A stretch of 63,941 nt of DNA, counting the filler, from Klebsormidium nitens (taxonomy: Eukaryota; Plantae; Klebsormidiophyceae): NCBI GenBank assembly GCA_000708835.1. It is 10 parts of 10 records of this genome, joined end to end, with 100 filler letters (N's around TTAATTAATTAA, not from the genome) between each part and the next. Parts side by side here need not be neighbours in the genome. Positions count along the whole stretch, not along the records: positions 32,496 to 38,235 come from DF238407.1; positions 38,336 to 45,553 come from DF238308.1; positions 45,654 to 49,165 come from DF238571.1; 7 more parts are not named here. The stretch is one strand, 5' to 3'. Below are positions 34,934 through 47,641 of the stretch, in pieces. Position 1 is the first letter of the stretch; every line of letters starts with the position of its first letter. The position numbers and the translations under genes were made by a program. The notes beneath the pieces were generated by a model. It ran no database searches. It saw only the letters and a list, made by a program, of their open reading frames with translations, and was not told the DNA's origin.

Positions 34934-35693
34934 AGCCAGTCACTCACTCAGACAGTCTACTACGAAACTCATTCAATCTTCATGCACTGTAAAAGATCCA
35001 TCTAATCTCGGACACTCAGCGGCAATGACACTAAAAGCACCAATTTGTCATCAAGAATGTCAACAAACCTTGACCCGAGGCCATGCACAGGCAAACCCTC
35101 GTCTTCGTCCCCAACCCAGAAGCACGTCATCATAGACTGACGTTCCTTATATTACCGCAAAACGGGGAGCCAAGCCGCAAAATGCGGAGTCTCTTACATC
35201 GAATTTTCGACAACGACAAGCGGTGCCGCGATTGTCAGTAAACCCAACAGCCATGAAACACAACACAGCAAACATAGAACCGGAAATATTCGACGACCCA
35301 CCAGCTACGCCGCGGCCAGACGGCAGAAAAACGTGGCGCACTGTTTGTCCATTTAGACACGTGATTTCTAGGTTTTCGAAATCGAACCGGCCACTCAAGC
35401 ACCTCCAATGCCGGAAGCGCAGAGGGCCGCGTACGACGAAATCTCGAATTTCATTTCCCGAATCCTAGGGATTTTCTTCTAAAGAAGGCAAGCCAATATC
35501 AGCGTCAGTCCGACCGCGCCCGCGCTTTCATGCGGATGTTCCGGATGCAGCTCCAATGGCTCCTTTTTTTTTTTTTCTTTTTTACCGTCTTGCCTAAGCA
35601 GCTCTCTGATGGAGGTTGCTGACTAGCCACGCGTAATCGCGATTTTGACATCTGGTGGAGAAGGGCCAGTGGGCTGTGACCCAGTGCGCCGGG

Positions 35694-37232
35694 TTAAGCT
35701 TCATCGAGGAATTTTCTCTTTTTCTTTGTTTTAATAGATGCGCAGCTGTATTTAGCAACCGTTCTTGGGCGGCGTGCCGCTCCCCAGGTTTGCATTGGCG
35801 CAGCTGTTCTGTTTGATGTCATCATCTTTTTTGGGTCGGCAGGGGGGCTTGGGACAGTGGGACTTTCTGGGCAGCTTCTCTTTAGTCGTTTGCTTCTTCG
35901 AAGCACCTGGAGGGATGTGTTTGAAGTATCTTGGTGACTCAGACTGGCGGTTTCAGGTGGTGTGGCCTGAGGGTCGATTACAGAGGCGACAGTTTCTATT
36001 GGGAGCTGCTTGTATGTCGGTGGAGATGCCTCCTGAGGAGTCTGTGTTGTTGGGTAAGTGGTATTCTTAAAAGTGCTCTTTCTTTCCAGTAAAGGCTTGG
36101 GAGGTTGTTCGGGGATTTTGGAGTTGGCTTTCGGCCCAATGGTTTTTGAGTCTGCCATTTCTCGTACAGCTGATATCGGAGCTTTGTCCTGAGCCTGTCG
36201 TTGCTTGATGATGAAGTCAGGCAGGATTCTTCCTGTCGCTTTGAGTTTCGTTGTTAAACGGTTGGTGTTTTTCAGCAAGGTCGTCTCTTTCCGTGGGAGT
36301 TTGGGTGGATGAAGATCCACAGGGTCAACGCGGGGTGCGGTATCTCTTGGCTTTGTGCTTTCTCGTGCTGCTTTTTCTCTAGGCGTTTGCCGCTTTGTAA
36401 TGAAGTCGGGCAGGACTCGTCCTTTTGCAATCGTGGGTTTTGTTGTGGGTTGGTCATGTGGGGTCGTCGTTGGACGGCGGGAAGCGTGTGAGGTTGCTTT
36501 TTGTTTGATTTCGTTGTTTATGGGGTGGCTGGGGGCGTCTATTGTGGATTTCTGTTCCGTTGGAATGTCTGTTGGATTTTTTGGGGGTATGTTAATGTTC
36601 GAATGGGTGTCCTTTAGGCATTCTGAAGTTGGAGGTGTGGCTGCAGGGGGTGCCGTTCCGACTGTTCTGGCTAATTCTTGTGTCTTCTGAATGTTGGCAC
36701 CTGGGTCTGCCGGAATCAGGGCGTCAAAATGGATGCGCGAGTGTAGGATGTGGATGGCTCCTGTGTCCATGGTTTCGGCTGTGTAATTCATGAGTAGGTT
36801 GTGGTGGCTTGTTTGATGTGTCCAGATCAGAATGGGTCGTTGTAGGATGATAGCGGCGATACGAGCTTCTAGAGTAGATGCCCAGGTGTTTGCTCCTGTC
36901 ATGTAAGCGGTGTATTCATTTGCTGAGGGGAACGGTTGAGCAGAGTTGCGGCTTGGCAAAGGGAGTTGGGGTGCGTACTGGTGCATGATATTTGCTTCGA
37001 GGGCATATGAGTTCCAGTTGTTTCTGATGTGCTCTGCACATAGCTTGCGTAGGTCACGGTGGGTGGTTTCTGGTTGTCCAGTTGCGGCGAGTATGGCTCT
37101 GAATAGACAGTTTCCATCTCCTTTGACTCTACGGGTGTGGAGGAAGTTTTGAAAGAGTGGTTCTCGAATTTGGTGTGTTTGAGTTTGGGGGCATTTGAGT
37201 CTTTTCCCCGTTGGTGCTTTGATCGCTTCCAT
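35694..37232 (-). CDS. OTU-like cysteine protease with a Pro/Lys/Thr-rich tail
   Basis: VKGDGNCLFRA...WAST.E..IAAIILQRPI.IW...IHILHSRIHFDAL. Confidence 0.88.
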   Translation of the reverse strand: MEAIKAPTGKRLKCPQTQTHQIREPLFQNFLHTRRVKGDGNCLFRAILAATGQPETTHRDLRKLCAEHIRNNWNSYALEANIMHQYAPQLPLPSRNSAQPFPSANEYTAYMTGANTWASTLEARIAAIILQRPILIWTHQTSHHNLLMNYTAETMDTGAIHILHSRIHFDALIPADPGANIQKTQELARTVGTAPPAATPPTSECLKDTHSNINIPPKNPTDIPTEQKSTIDAPSHPINNEIKQKATSHASRRPTTTPHDQPTTKPTIAKGRVLPDFITKRQTPREKAARESTKPRDTAPRVDPVDLHPPKLPRKETTLLKNTNRLTTKLKATGRILPDFIIKQRQAQDKAPISAVREMADSKTIGPKANSKIPEQPPKPLLERKSTFKNTTYPTTQTPQEASPPTYKQLPIETVASVIDPQATPPETASLSHQDTSNTSLQVLRRSKRLKRSCPESPTVPSPPADPKKMMTSNRTAAPMQTWGAARRPRTVAKYSCASIKTKKKRKFLDEA

Positions 37233-37267
37233 AGTGACTGAGTCCGTTTTTTCCTCTGCGGCCGGGG

Positions 37268-38235
37268 CTAATTTGCGTTTACGTGACGAGCTGCAGTGGG
37301 GGTCGGTTGTGAGATTTTGGTTCTTTTATTCCTATTTGTGGCAGAGTTTCTGTTCGATTGATGTTCATTACTTTGTGGGCGTTTCCTGCTGTAGGTTTGT
37401 GCCGGTTTCGAGGTGGGACGCTGGTCGGGCCCGCGGGGGGGGGCATCATTTTCCGTCTCCCCGGAGATTTTGCATGTTTTGTCTGATTCTGGTGGTTTGT
37501 TGACTTGTTCTTGGAGAGACATTACATGACGTTCTAGGTTTTCCGCATAGGCTATGAAGTCATCGTCTGTCATTTCTTGGAAGGGTTTTTGAGTTGGAAA
37601 CATCCGCAGTCTGTCTTTGAATAGGAGATGTCGGGACTTCACTTCGTCGCAACGGAGATGCCATATGTCTCTGAAGCGTGAGATGATGAGCCGGTGAATC
37701 TTGCTCGCTAAGCGTTCGATGTTCTTTTCGTCTTTGATGTATCCGCTGAGCCAGTGTTTAATGCTTGTAGGAATTTGGCCTGCGGAGCGGGATCGCTCTG
37801 ACATTTTTCCCGGGGCTGGTTGCAGGATTTCGGAATTGAGAAGGGTGAGTATTTCTTGCTGGGCTGTTGTTTTGGGGAGATGGCGTTGGCAGAGTTCCAA
37901 ACAGTCGTTAAGCAGGTCGTCTCTGCTGCCCGAGAAGAAGGGGCATTGATATAGAAGGTGTTCGATGCTTTCTGTTTCGCGATCTTGACAGAGGATGCAC
38001 GTTTTATCGGGGTATAGCTTCTCTCGAGTATCATTAAGGCGTCGGAACGTTGGTAAGGTGCGACCTAGAATCTGCACCATAAACTTTTTCAGAGAGAAGT
38101 CGGACTTGCCGTGTAACACAGAAAAGGATGGTTCTTGCCAGATGTCTTCTGTTAGCATGTACCGTGGCCATTTCGCTTTTGATTTGAAGCGGTAGTTTTG
38201 TTTGCTTTCAATGTAAGTTTTTTCGTATAGCTTAA
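37268..38235 (-). CDS. LINE ORF2 C-terminus with a zf-RVT (CCHC) domain
   Basis: LPTFRRL..YPDKTCILCQ..ESIEHLLYQCP; frame open to the gap; overlaps the OTU frame at 37268-37325. Confidence 0.85.
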
Positions 38236-38335
38236 NNNNNNNNNNNNNNNNNNNNNNNNNNNNNNNNNNNNNNNNNNNNTTAATTAATTAANNNNNNNNN
38301 NNNNNNNNNNNNNNNNNNNNNNNNNNNNNNNNNNN

Positions 38336-38493
38336 CACTAACGGCCGCTCTCAACCGCCTAACCTCCAAACCGCCTAACGGTTTAACCGTCCAACCGCCG
38401 TACACGCACGTCGGCGTTCACTAGTTCAAACCCTAAGTCGGGCCGAACCCTAATCACAGTAATTCGGCTGACTATCATCACCGAATCTTAACA
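38336..38493. repeat. Partial LTR of Copia family A
   Basis: Matches ~44869-45031; ends in aaca. Confidence 0.85.
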
Positions 38494-38498
38494 TGGAG

Positions 38499-39941
38499 TG
38501 TTCGGAGTCTAGCGGCGCTACCCTAGAGTCACACTACCTAGAGTCACACTCCTAGTCTAGGTCTACACTGATAGCCTAGTAGGCTCAGTTGTCCGCGGAT
38601 AAGCAAGTCCGGAAATCTCGCGCAAATCTGAATATCTACGGCTGATATCGAACCTACTCATTACGGCGGTTACTCAATAAGTCATTCGGGTGTAACGCTG
38701 TAACCCGCGCGCATTTAACCGCCAACCCCTAATTTAACCGCCAACCGCTAACTACCGGTTATCGTCGAACTCCCGTCGACGTCACCCAAGAGATCGCGCA
38801 CACTAAATGCCCGAGTCTCAACACTCCCCCACACACTAATGACTTATGCAATTCCTATCTCGCTCTTGCACCTCTTGAACTTCCCCAGTGCCAGCGCCTT
38901 GGTCATGATGTCCGCCTTCATGTCCTCCGTCCCGCAGTACGCGAACGCGACCACCTTGCGTGCCACACGCTCTCGTACAAAGTGATGAATCACGTCAATG
39001 TGCTTCGACCGCTGTGAAGCGATCGGGTGCTTGAGGAGCTGTATTGCCCCTTGGTTGTCGCAGTAGATCAGGACCGTCCCTAGGTCCAACTCAAGATCTC
39101 CCCCGAGCTTGCGGAACCACAGCCGCCTCCTTCACCGCTTGCGCTGCGCTCATATACTCCGCCTCTACTGTCGAGGCCGCCACAGTTGGCTGCAGCCTAC
39201 TCGACCAGCTCACCGGCCCCCTGTACATCAGGAAGACGTACCCGGTTGTGGACCGCTTTGTGTCCTTGACAGTCGCATAATCCGCGTCGCAATAAGCGAT
39301 GAGAGTCTCTCCGCTCCCCCCAAAGGTTACCCCGTCCTCTGCCGTACCCGCTAGGTAGCGCACAACTCCAAGCGCCGCCCGCCAGTGCTCCTCCGTCGGC
39401 CCCGCCATATAGCGCGCAAGCGCGCCAACTGCCTGTGCAATGTTGGGCCGATGCACACACTCAAGTACAACACGCTCGCCACGCACTCACTGTAGGGAAA
39501 CCGTTTTGTGTCGAGGGGTTCACCTTTTTTGGTTAATTTGTCCCCATTTCCGAGAGGGACCGAGCGTGCCCGGGCGCTCGCTAGTTCGTACAGTCCGACA
39601 AGCTCCCCCGTCAGCTTCTTCTGGGTTAGCTTCAGGGTGCGCGCCTCCCTATCGCGCGTCAGCTCCATGCTGAGGAAGTATTTCGCCTCCTCCAAGTCGC
39701 GCACGTCGAACTTCATTGTTGCCATTGGTCTATTTTACACATATCTGAATATCTACGGCTATTATCGCACCTACTCATTACGGCGGTTACTCAATAAGTC
39801 ATTCGGGTGTAACGCTGGAACCTGCGTGCATTTTACCCCCCAACCGCTGATTTAACCGCCAACCGCTAAGTACCGGTTATCGTCGAACTCCCGTCGACGT
39901 CACCCAAGAGATCGCGCACACTAAATGCCCGAATCTCAACA
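38499..39941 (-). mobile_element. Internally deleted Ty1/Copia element B
   Basis: 3' LTR 38499-38823 (tgtt...aaca), PPT ctccccc 38824-38830, RNase H (IYCDNQGA..RSKHIDV..ADIMTKAL), frameshifted RT C-terminus to ~39725, truncated second LTR 39746-39941. Confidence 0.92.
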
Positions 39942-42089
39942 CGGACCTTCGCGCTGCTTCTTTTGTGCGTGATTTCAGCGTACGAGACGGACTCTGCGCC
40001 GTTCTCGGTTTAAGCAACGTCGAGTCCAGCTGGCCAGGGACCGTCGTTCCCCCGGAAAAACATAGGCTGATGACGCAATACATCAGCAGGGCGGAGGAAA
40101 TGGCGACACGGAGTGGACGCCGGCATGGCGGCTGGCTCTCTAGATTAAAGAAAGTATGGGACACAGCATCAGGACTATGTTTGTTTAAGAAAGCAGGGTT
40201 TGAAACAGTTAGTAAGGTTGTTGAGCGGAGAGCAAAGATATTGCAGCAAGCGGCAAGATGTCGCACTGCTCCGGAATGCACTGAAAATCGAAATTTCACG
40301 TCGATTGACGGTTCTCAATGTTGCCCGGTTGAAAGTCTCACAAGCTCACGGTACACTGAAGCAAGCCGGAAATGATACTTCTGCAATATATTCTTGTCAT
40401 ATGTTATAGAATGCCAATTAGTTGAAATCTCATTTGGAGCCGCAAAGGACGATCTCCAAATAAGTTTCATCGCTGCGAGACGTGAGTTGCCTTATAATGT
40501 CAGCATCGGACACATAGGCATGGATCACGACTAACACTATAATCTTAGGTATGGCCTGCTCGGCTTCAAGTCCATCATGGATTTTGATGGCTCAGCTCTC
40601 CAATCAACGAGAACTTGAAGGGCTTCGCTCCCCGTCTTGATAGTCCTATACAATAGATAAACGCAAGCTGACACTCACGGTTGTTACGATCTTGCAAGAA
40701 TTTTTGAAGTAGATGCTTCCGTCAAGTTTTATGCACGCTGCCATCTCTACAAAAGCTCAACAACATTGAGAAAAGCGGACTCTAAGACGACTTTGGTCTC
40801 AAGTAAAGGGCTTGCCAATGATACATTGACAATTTCAAGTGTAAGCAAGAAAAGCTGCAAGATACACATATCATCTGCACGCTCGCAAGTGTTCTATGGT
40901 TCTAAGCAGCTGAACATCATACTCAGTGTATCAAGATGCTGTGTGAAATTGCTCATCTCGACAGGCGAAACCGTTTGCTGAAATACAGCTCGCTTGCATG
41001 TCCGCTTTGGTACAAGTCTCCCAGTTCTTCATAACTAGGATCCCTACTTCGGTCAGAGAGAGCCCCTCAAGAGTCTTTCGAGTCTCTTCCTCATTCACGA
41101 AGCCCAAGCTATCCGGCTCATAACTCATGAGATCCGCTTCTTTGAAGTGGTCGTCAGTGACCGGATCGACGAGTTACCTCGTCATCTGCAAGAGCGCCGC
41201 TAATGATTGTCAGCTTCGGCAATTTGTTGTCGCAAAGTCTGCATGCTGTAGAAAGGCACGAAGCGATCATGCCTCTGAGCACGCTTGCTTGAAGGATCAC
41301 GATCCGAGAGCTCAACAAAGCATCAATCAGAGAGAGCTCACGCACTGATTGGTGAAGAAATTTTCTCCACGATCTCGGAACACATGATCCGATCCGAGGG
41401 ACAACAGATTGTGATCAAAACGATACGACCAGCACAATCAAAGGGTAACAGCCGAACCAAAAAGTCTAAATCAGTGAATATACTCACCTTGTGAGCTTCT
41501 CCCAAGTGCTCAGATGAATGGAGCCCGCAACGACTCTGCATGGATGGAGACACGGGGTAAGCACAACAAGCTCAAATGGCGCACAGGCGTCGTTTATAAA
41601 TGGCTCGTCGACCTCATGATGCCTGGCGGTAAGGATCTGCGGATAGGGCTGGGAACGATTGCTGCAAGTTAACGTTCGTGTGTTGTCGTATTTGAAACTC
41701 GGTTCATGAGATCTAGAAGCATCTGAAAGCGGGTCGACAATGTACGCAAAGTCCAAAGCCTACTTTATGCTGACATGCGTTCAATAAAGCAGATTCGGCA
41801 CTTTCCAAGGTGAAAGTAGAAGGGAAATATGTCAAAATTGAAAGGATAAATATGTAGAATAGACTATTGCATGTGGCATGGATGACGGTGAACTTATCCG
41901 TGAGCTTCGGCGCTCAATTTTCCGGCATGTGCCTGATGCCTGGTCGCGTTACCGGAAAAGTTCAACTCGCTTCGAGTCTTACCTTGGCCGTCACATAGAT
42001 TCTTGATTAAGTTAAAGTACGGCTCTCTCCTCCAGTGAAGCCGGGTTGCGCTTCGCTATCTGCCACGATCGCCCGCAAATGGTGTGCTT

Positions 42090-43670
42090 GTGCGGAAGCA
42101 TAGACTTCCTTGGACTCTATTTACGCTTTTGCAAGTACCCTTCACCACAAGTTGCGACTTAGACCGCTCCACGATCTCAAGCGCGTTCCGCCTGAACTTG
42201 TAGATTACTTTTTGAAAACCTTGAACCCAGCTTCACCCTTCCCCGTTTGTCGACAAGGTCCCATCCCATTCCCCAACAAGGACAACATTCCCCTTTCATG
42301 AACATTTGCCAAAGCTTGCTGTGCATTCCTCCTGGGGCTTCTGAAATGATTGCGACTTCGGATGCTTCCCCTTGTCTCCTTGGAATGCTCCCCGTTTTTG
42401 TTGCTAAGTTGCCCCCAGTTCCAATCCCCGAGCGCCCGCCTTTTGCGTGCGGGGTGGATTTTTGCTTCTCTCGAACGCCGCCTTCTGAACGGATTCCTCG
42501 TTTGGCCTCTACGTACGAGTAGCCCCTACACCGACTTGATTGTTAGCCTCTCCCGTAGGGTCAGTCTGTTCATGCACCCGTCCGAATCATGGGACTCAAA
42601 AGACAGGTCGGACTGCGAGCACTACCTTCTCCTTCTCCGTGTCAGTGCCAACCTAAACAATCACGGAGGGCCCACGCTCATACACAATGACGCGAAAAAC
42701 CAACACCCTTCCATCCCGCTCGTAAGCGGTGAAACAATTTGGAGTCGAGCTCATATCCCAAGGACACCCTACTCTCGCTCATCAACACCATCTTCACTAG
42801 GTTCCCTTGGGCACGTGGATGTACGCCCGCCTCAAACACGTGCAAGTGGCTACGGTCTGGCTTCTTTCATAAATCACCGCCCCGCCGTCTTGTAGCACAT
42901 GTTCGAGGGTACACGATTCCGGTTGTAGTTGGTTGTCGCCATCGAATCTGCTCACAATTCAGCTCGAACCCGGCATTTTTAGCGAAGCCCAACACCTTTC
43001 TTCAGCGTCCAGTTCAGTCGCTTCGCTAAACCCCTTTGTTCGTCAAAGCGCCTCAATGTGGTTCGAACACCGTTTCCCCGTTCCCAAGGAGGGCCGTTCA
43101 ATCCCGCATTGACGTGCTGAGCCCCGCCCCAGCACCGCCTTGACCCTTTTCCGGATTGTGATTTCAAGCGCACGTGCAAAGCCGCTTCCCGTAACTGCCA
43201 TGACGTTCTTCCGCTTCATCGAGTGCACCACCAAAAGCTTTCTACAGACGTTTGAAAAATGGCCAAGTCCTTGCTCCCCCTCTTTGATGAGCCGCACATG
43301 TCCATGTACAAGAGCTTAAGAGGTACTTTGTTCTCTTCGGGGTCGAACTCCTTGAAGCAGGGGTCATGTGTTTGTTTTCAATGCTGCAAGGCTTGCACAC
43401 CGAGCTTCGTTTGTCCAGAGGCATCCCAGCTCTTATGCCAAAGCCCCTCGGTAATGTTGGCTAGGCTTTCGTACATGGCGTACCTCAACCTTCCGTGTCA
43501 CAACACCCGGCTCTCGACGTTTCTCATGAGCAAAACGTTGTTCTTCCTCGGTCGTTTTGAATGGCAAACCACAAACTCTCCGTTCATGGAAAAATTGCAC
43601 ACGTCGGCTTTTGTTCGGGTGATTAGGCTTCATGGAATAAAGGTTCGTGTTAAGTTCTCATGCACTGCCC
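42090..43670 (-). pseudogene. Degenerate Copia pol (GAG-pre-integrase, integrase, start of RT)
   Basis: CKPC..KH, PLKLLYMDMCG, EQRGLAKRLNWTL, TTNYNRNR and a WDLVD...ARLVxKG-like RT start; many stops and frameshifts. Confidence 0.8.
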
Positions 43671-43679
43671 CTCGGGTTA

Positions 43680-44046
43680 CACTGGCGCCAGTTTAGCCCG
43701 AATGGCAGCGCGTGAAAACTTAACAAAATGTGGGAACCGGGTTGACGTCGGCGTGACGTTACCGGGCCGCGGCCGAGTGGGCCGGGTGATCTGAGTTCGA
43801 ATCCCAGGAGAGGCAATTTTTCAGCTGAGAGCGCGAAAAGGTTGCCAGTGGGCGAAAAACGGCCTGAGGGCAAGAGAGGGCGCCAGTCACTGAACGGTCG
43901 CAATGTGGCGAGCCCAAAGGGGATGTTGAGAACCGGAGAATCCGGTTCCCACATTTGTTGAGTTTAAATGCCCTGCCACTCGGCCCGTACACTGACGCTA
44001 CACTAGCGTCAATGTAGCCCGAGTGGCAGCGCGTTAAAACTCAACA
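43680..44046. mobile_element. CACTA-like MITE plus an extra left-type end
   Basis: ~60-bp TIRs at 43680-43740 (starts CACTG) and 43942-44000. A second end starting CACTA follows at 44001-44046. Confidence 0.7.
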
Positions 44047-44560
44047 CAAAGTCTCGGTTGTAGTCCCCAAAACAGAAGAGCGAGCTGGCCAAGGTTATTG
44101 AGCACGTGATCAACCGGTTGGAATTGCAATTGGGGAAGAAAGCTCAAATTGGTGCGGACGGATCGGGGCAGGGAGTACTTCAACGCTTGAAAACGTTTTC
44201 GGGGGTACACGAGAAAACCGCCCCCTATAGCGCCAAGCAGAATGGGTCGGCGGAACGGGTTCAGCGGGATTCGAAGGAGAAGACCCGGGCAGTGCTTGAG
44301 GATTCGGGGTTGGCTAAAGAATTGTGAAGGTTGAAAACCGTGGTGACGGCGAACGACACCCGGAACCGGACGCCCGTGAGCGTCCATGGGAGGACTCTCT
44401 GGGAAGATTTCTTCGGTAAAAAGCCGAATGTCGGGCATATGAGGGTTTTTGGGGCCCAAGCGTTCCGCCACGTCCCCAAGCGGCGGCCCGTGGCGTAAGC
44501 TAGATCCAGTGAGCGAGCGAGCGATGTGTGTTTGTTGAGATTGGGCTAGATTTTTGTAGG
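44047..44560 (+). pseudogene. Copia integrase core fragment (opposite strand to the neighbouring Copia)
   Basis: HEKTAPYSAKQNGSAER..LEDSGL..TRNRTP..GKKPNVGHMRVFG..HVPK..LDPVSE. Confidence 0.88.
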
Positions 44561-44699
44561 TTTCACTCGTCATCGGGTCTTTTCGTGTTGTTCGGCACTC
44601 ATGTTCAGCACTCATTGATGGCAGCCATGCATCCTGAGAGGAATACACGACGCGCCTCACAAGCGGCTTCCTTCTACCCACAAACTTCTCTTAGAATGA

Positions 44700-45553
44700 T
44701 GTATCACAGTAATTTTTCTCACCACGTACTATTGTCTCACTGGTCCCCCATTCCACTAGGCTCACTAGCCTACTAGGCTCACTAGCCTAGGTCACAGTCT
44801 ACTAAGCTCACTAGCCTAGCTCACAGTCACACTCAATCTTAGCCTTCGATATCCTCGTTTAAGGCTAACACTGACGGCCGCTCTCAACCGCCTAACCTCC
44901 ATCTACCGCCTCACGGTTTTACCGTCCAACCGCCGTACACGCACGTCGGCGTTCACTAGTTCGAACCCTAATTCGGTCGAACCAAGTAATCACATAGTAA
45001 TTCGGCTGACCTTAATCATCGAATTCTAACACTCCCACTCAAACGGCTTACTCTAGCTCCTATAAGGTCCGTCTTCTTGTTCCCCTTGCGTGCCGCTTTC
45101 TTCTTCTTTGGCCACGTCACCCATGCGCCTCCACTTCTGCAACCCTCGCTCTCTTGTTAGCGCACTGTGCTGCCCATCTCCGGCAACGTCTTCTCCATTC
45201 CGTGCACTCCGGCTCCTTGGCTCCCACGGCTTCCATTGTTGCTCTCATGAGTGCCCGGTACCACTGTACGGGCTCACGTCTCACTCTGGCGGGGTATCTC
45301 GCCACTTCCGGCGACTCCACAGGCTTCTTAGCCTCTTGGCGCTTCACTTCCGAAAGTCCACTTCCGGAACACACTATCGGATCGCTTGCGCTGAACTCCA
45401 CAACGCTCCCGCGCCCAACTTCCCATAGGTGCCCGTGCACGCCATTCATCGAATTACGGTGCACGTCAACACCTTCCCAGGTCTTATGTGGCTCCCCGGT
45501 GCTCTCAATCTCCTCTTCTGCCTCATCAAGAGTGTGACGGTTGGACAGGGTTT
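44700..45553 (-). mobile_element. Copia family A: 3' LTR, PPT and deleted internal region
   Basis: LTR ~44700-45031 (tgt...aaca), PPT ctccca 45032-45037, post-integrase linker RYPARVRREP..EP; runs into gap. Confidence 0.75.
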
Positions 45554-47641
45554 NNNNNNNNNNNNNNNNNNNNNNNNNNNNNNNNNNNNNNNNNNNNTTA
45601 ATTAATTAANNNNNNNNNNNNNNNNNNNNNNNNNNNNNNNNNNNNNNNNNNNNAGTCTGAGTCTGCAGTGCGAAGTGTCAGCCTAGAAGCTTCGGTGCTC
45701 GGCCTAGAAGCTTCGGTGCTCAGCCGGCCATAAGCTTAGTCTCGAAAGCTTATCGGACGGTTCCCTCGCACGCGGTGCACGTGGGTCTTATCGGACGGTC
45801 ACGCGGTGAAGCAGTAACCCAGACACGTGTCGCGTAGTGATTCGATATATTAAATAAGTCGATAGCGTATGATAACGGACGATGCGCGGCCGCGAGTTTG
45901 GCGCGCAGCCAGAAGTCGGTGCGCAGTCGTGCCGTTACATTTTGCATGCTTAGATATATCAATGCTGCAGATAACGTAGGAGTCTGTAATGTTTGTTTGA
46001 ATTAGTTTAAAAATAACTGACTGCATTCGATAGAAGCATTCTGAGTCTTAGAATTAGCTTTCGAACTTTATAGAGTGATTCCCGGACCTATAAATTGGGC
46101 GGGATCCGAACATTCTTCTCATAACTTGGATCGCCAGTTATCAAGAAAGGCCAGGACGGCCTTGGCAGAAAATTCCTGTGTGGTTGTGGCAACGTATTGT
46201 AGAGCGGGTGCGCTCTTGGTTGGTATCAGGGGTGAGTTCTAGCTTTCTAGCCTAGAACGAGGTCCAAGCCTGGGGTTAATTACTTAGATGGGAGCACTAT
46301 GACAAAATTGAGTGAAGCTTGGTTCGGGACTAGCACCTCGGGGTTGTCAGTGGGGCGCACTCAATAGGTCAAAGGCAAGACAGGCGTGCCGCAAGTCCTG
46401 TCCTTGCTGGCCGCTGCACGGAATTTGGTATAGTGTTTAGAAGCAAGGTTGCTGTTCTCGTTTGCTATTAGGTTGTGATGTCACAAGAGAAGACTCTGGC
46501 GGCTTCTCAGTAAGACGCGTTTGAAAGGAGACAAGTGTGCCGTAAGTTCTGTCCTTGCAGGCCACTGCGGGTGATATTTGAAGGATCGTAGAAGCCGGGC
46601 TTCTGTGCTCGTGTGCTGAAGGTACGTCAAAGGGATCGAAGTAGAAGTACGCAAAGGATTTCTGCCCTGGTGTGCAGGCCGGTGGGCGGAGGCAACTACA
46701 AAACAGGACTGAAAGGATTTAACAAGGTTTTGGAGAAGGGCTTTTCAAAAAGTAGAAAAAGCAATCTGAAAAAAATAAGAAACTAAGCGGTAGAAGTGAA
46801 GCTTGGTTGGCTTCTAGCTGGGTTCTAGCACATTGGAACCCTGCAGAAAGACAGGTGTAAATAGTTGATTGATTGGTTTCCACGAAGCACTGAAGCACTC
46901 GGATGGTAGTCTGATACACGGGTAGTGTGAGCAGTGAGCAGTCGAGCAGTGAGTCAGTGCGCACTGCGAAGGTTGGCGACCGAGTCGCGACGGTCGGTCG
47001 GAATACTCCAATCATTTGAGTACGGTTTTCGGGGTTATTTTTGGCAGTCGGATGTACAAAATTCCGAAGTCAGTAGCATGAGTGGGTCGTTTTCGTGTCA
47101 GAATACGGATTACGGGTCCGAAAGTGTACCAATCGGGTGTCAGAAAGCAGCTCAGCGAAATTCTGGGGAAGTTTTAAGTGTGCATGTCGACGGCCGGTCG
47201 ACGGAACTCCTCCGAGCAAGCGGGCGGCCGCCGAGTTCGCCGCGAGGCTGGCAATATCAGACAGGCAAGGATCGACTCGAGGCTCGTAGTACTCTGGCAG
47301 TATCAGACAGGCGAGACTCGACAGCCTGAGCTGGCAACGATAAGACGAGAAGCGACAAAGCGACAAGCGGTAGCAGCATTGTGATCAGGAATTGCAGAGC
47401 TGAGTCCAAGGAGATATTGCATAAGTGGTTAAAGTACTTAAACTTGAAGTGTGGATTGTGGGGTGAAGGGTCAGAAGGGGTGAAGGGTCAGAAGGGAGCT
47501 CTGTTTGCCAAAGTAGACTTGGCATTGATCAAGAATTTTGAAGAAAAAAATAACAGAGCTACAAAGGCGCTTTCGCAACTTGGCAGAGGATTGTAAGGCT
47601 GCCTAGAGTCGAAGGCAGGGACGTAGGAATCAACAACCTCA

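Larger units (their letters stand above)
35564..38235 (-). mobile_element. 3' portion of a non-LTR retrotransposon (L1/RTEX-like) with poly(A) tail
   Basis: zf-RVT then OTU ORF, ~110-nt 3' UTR, T-tract at 35564-35583 (poly(A) on the minus strand); 5' part lost in gap. Confidence 0.8.

Noticed and set aside
38494-39946. 5-bp TSD for Copia element B
   Set aside because: The flanks tggag and cggac match at only 3 of 5 positions; not accepted as a TSD.
39942-42050. Possible host gene exons between the Copia elements
   Set aside because: Only short frames with no identifiable motif; a gene model cannot be supported.
43771-43821. tRNA gene (A-box-like and GTTCGAATCC B-box)
   Set aside because: The boxes are only ~14 nt apart, with no anticodon arm and no acceptor-stem pairing; at most a tRNA-derived remnant.
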